DNA of 25,386 bases, from contig JAZRGP010000465.1 in the NCBI GenBank assembly GCA_045644225.1, positions 1 through 25,386 of the forward strand, given 5' to 3'. Positions 24,746 through 25,386 of this stretch are shown here, in pieces. Positions within the stretch are counted from its first letter, which is position 1, and every line of letters begins with the position of its first letter. The translations under genes and the position numbers were made by a program. The notes beneath the pieces were generated by a model. The model did not search any database and was not told where the DNA came from. It worked only from the letters and a program-made list of their open reading frames with translations. Source of the DNA: Christensenellaceae bacterium. Lineage in GTDB: Bacteria; Bacillota; Clostridia; Christensenellales; Christensenellaceae.

Positions 24746-25386
24746 ATGATGAAACGGTTTTTAATAATTCTTTTGTGTATAGCGATTGTGCTGCTTCCGA
24801 CAATGGCTTTTGCGGAAGGAGATACAACAGAGCCTAAGAAGGAAGAGTCTAAGGCAGAAACAACGGTTCAGGAAGAAAAAAAGGAAGAATCCGCTGAAAA
24901 AGAAGAGTCTTCTAAGAAAGAATCGGACAAGACCGAGAAGCCAAAAGAAGAACCCGAAGAAGCTCCGCAGGAAGAGCTTCCGCAGGTTACGGTCACTGCA
25001 GGTCAGCTTTCCATCGACAGCGAAAAGCTCTATGAGGGGATGAACAAGACTTACAAAAAAGGATATATTCCCACGATCGCAGACGGCAAAGTGACGATCA
25101 TTTTGCCGCTTGTGGGAAAGACATTTGATAATATCGTTACGCTTACTGCTGACCTCGGCGCACCGACGGACAGTCCATTTGTATTCGGGAACTATTCGCA
25201 GACCGCAAAGAAGGGTGAGCCTTATGTATTTACCATTACGATTCCGCTTGCGAAAGGTAGGCTCAACGGAACCTATCCCGTGATGCTGAATGCGAGCTAT
25301 ATCGATGCGACGGGTAATCTCACAAGTCAGAGCTTCACGATCTATGTGACGATCACAGACGGCAAAGAGCCTGCTGTAGAGACTAT
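24746..25386 (+). CDS. Secreted/surface protein with an E/K-rich linker and beta-rich (COG1361/S-layer-like) domain, 3'-truncated; absent from the ORF track
   Basis: Read by hand: MMKRFLIILLCIAIVLLPTMAFAEGDTTEPKKEES...LYEGMNKTYKKGYIPTI...NGTYPVMLNASY...FTIYVTITDG. The frame is open to the window end. RBS GAGGTG. Confidence 0.75.
   Translation, partial: MMKRFLIILLCIAIVLLPTMAFAEGDTTEPKKEESKAETTVQEEKKEESAEKEESSKKESDKTEKPKEEPEEAPQEELPQVTVTAGQLSIDSEKLYEGMNKTYKKGYIPTIADGKVTIILPLVGKTFDNIVTLTADLGAPTDSPFVFGNYSQTAKKGEPYVFTITIPLAKGRLNGTYPVMLNASYIDATGNLTSQSFTIYVTITDGKEPAVET

Larger units (their letters stand above)
1..25386 (+). mobile_element. Integrative conjugative element (conjugation module plus cargo), FATA-type T4SS with MOB_P relaxase; both ends lie outside the window
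   Basis: Co-oriented mobC, relaxase, PcfB, VirD4, VirB2-like, VirB6-like, PrgI, VirB4 and NlpC/P60 genes in the order typical of Clostridia ICEs. No integrase or att site is seen, so a conjugative plasmid is not excluded. Confidence 0.85.

Noticed and set aside
24786-25043. 85-aa ORF from the track
   Set aside because: It is an alternate frame of the real surface-protein ORF starting at 24746.

Overview
The window is the conjugation half of a Firmicutes (Clostridia-like) integrative conjugative element with a FATA-type T4SS. The backbone runs: toprim protein (5'-truncated), candidate oriT, mobC, MOB_P relaxase, PcfB, ArdC-like protein, VirD4, VirB2-like pilin, VirB6-like, PrgI, VirB4, NlpC/P60 hydrolase, class D sortase. 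Three accessory regions interrupt it. (1) Between mobC and the relaxase sits a PBECR4 nuclease gene preceded by a consensus promoter, two covarying structured RNA repeats and a terminator, which is a type III toxin-antitoxin-like layout. (2) Between virB6 and prgI lie a convergent membrane protein, an XRE regulator and a SLOG/DUF1273 gene. (3) An AT-rich block at about 14.1-22.5 kb holds an orphan membrane protein, a promoter-driven highly structured ~230-260 nt RNA, and a complete Agr quorum-sensing set (agrC-agrA-agrB divergent from a 47-aa agrD that the ORF track misses). It also holds two paralogous secreted proteins, each behind a conserved micro-uORF plus three-stem leader, a lipoprotein, and an ABC transporter, followed by a 3'-truncated surface protein. 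No integrase, att site, rRNA, tRNA or CRISPR array is visible. All calls come from reading the sequence by eye, without database searches.
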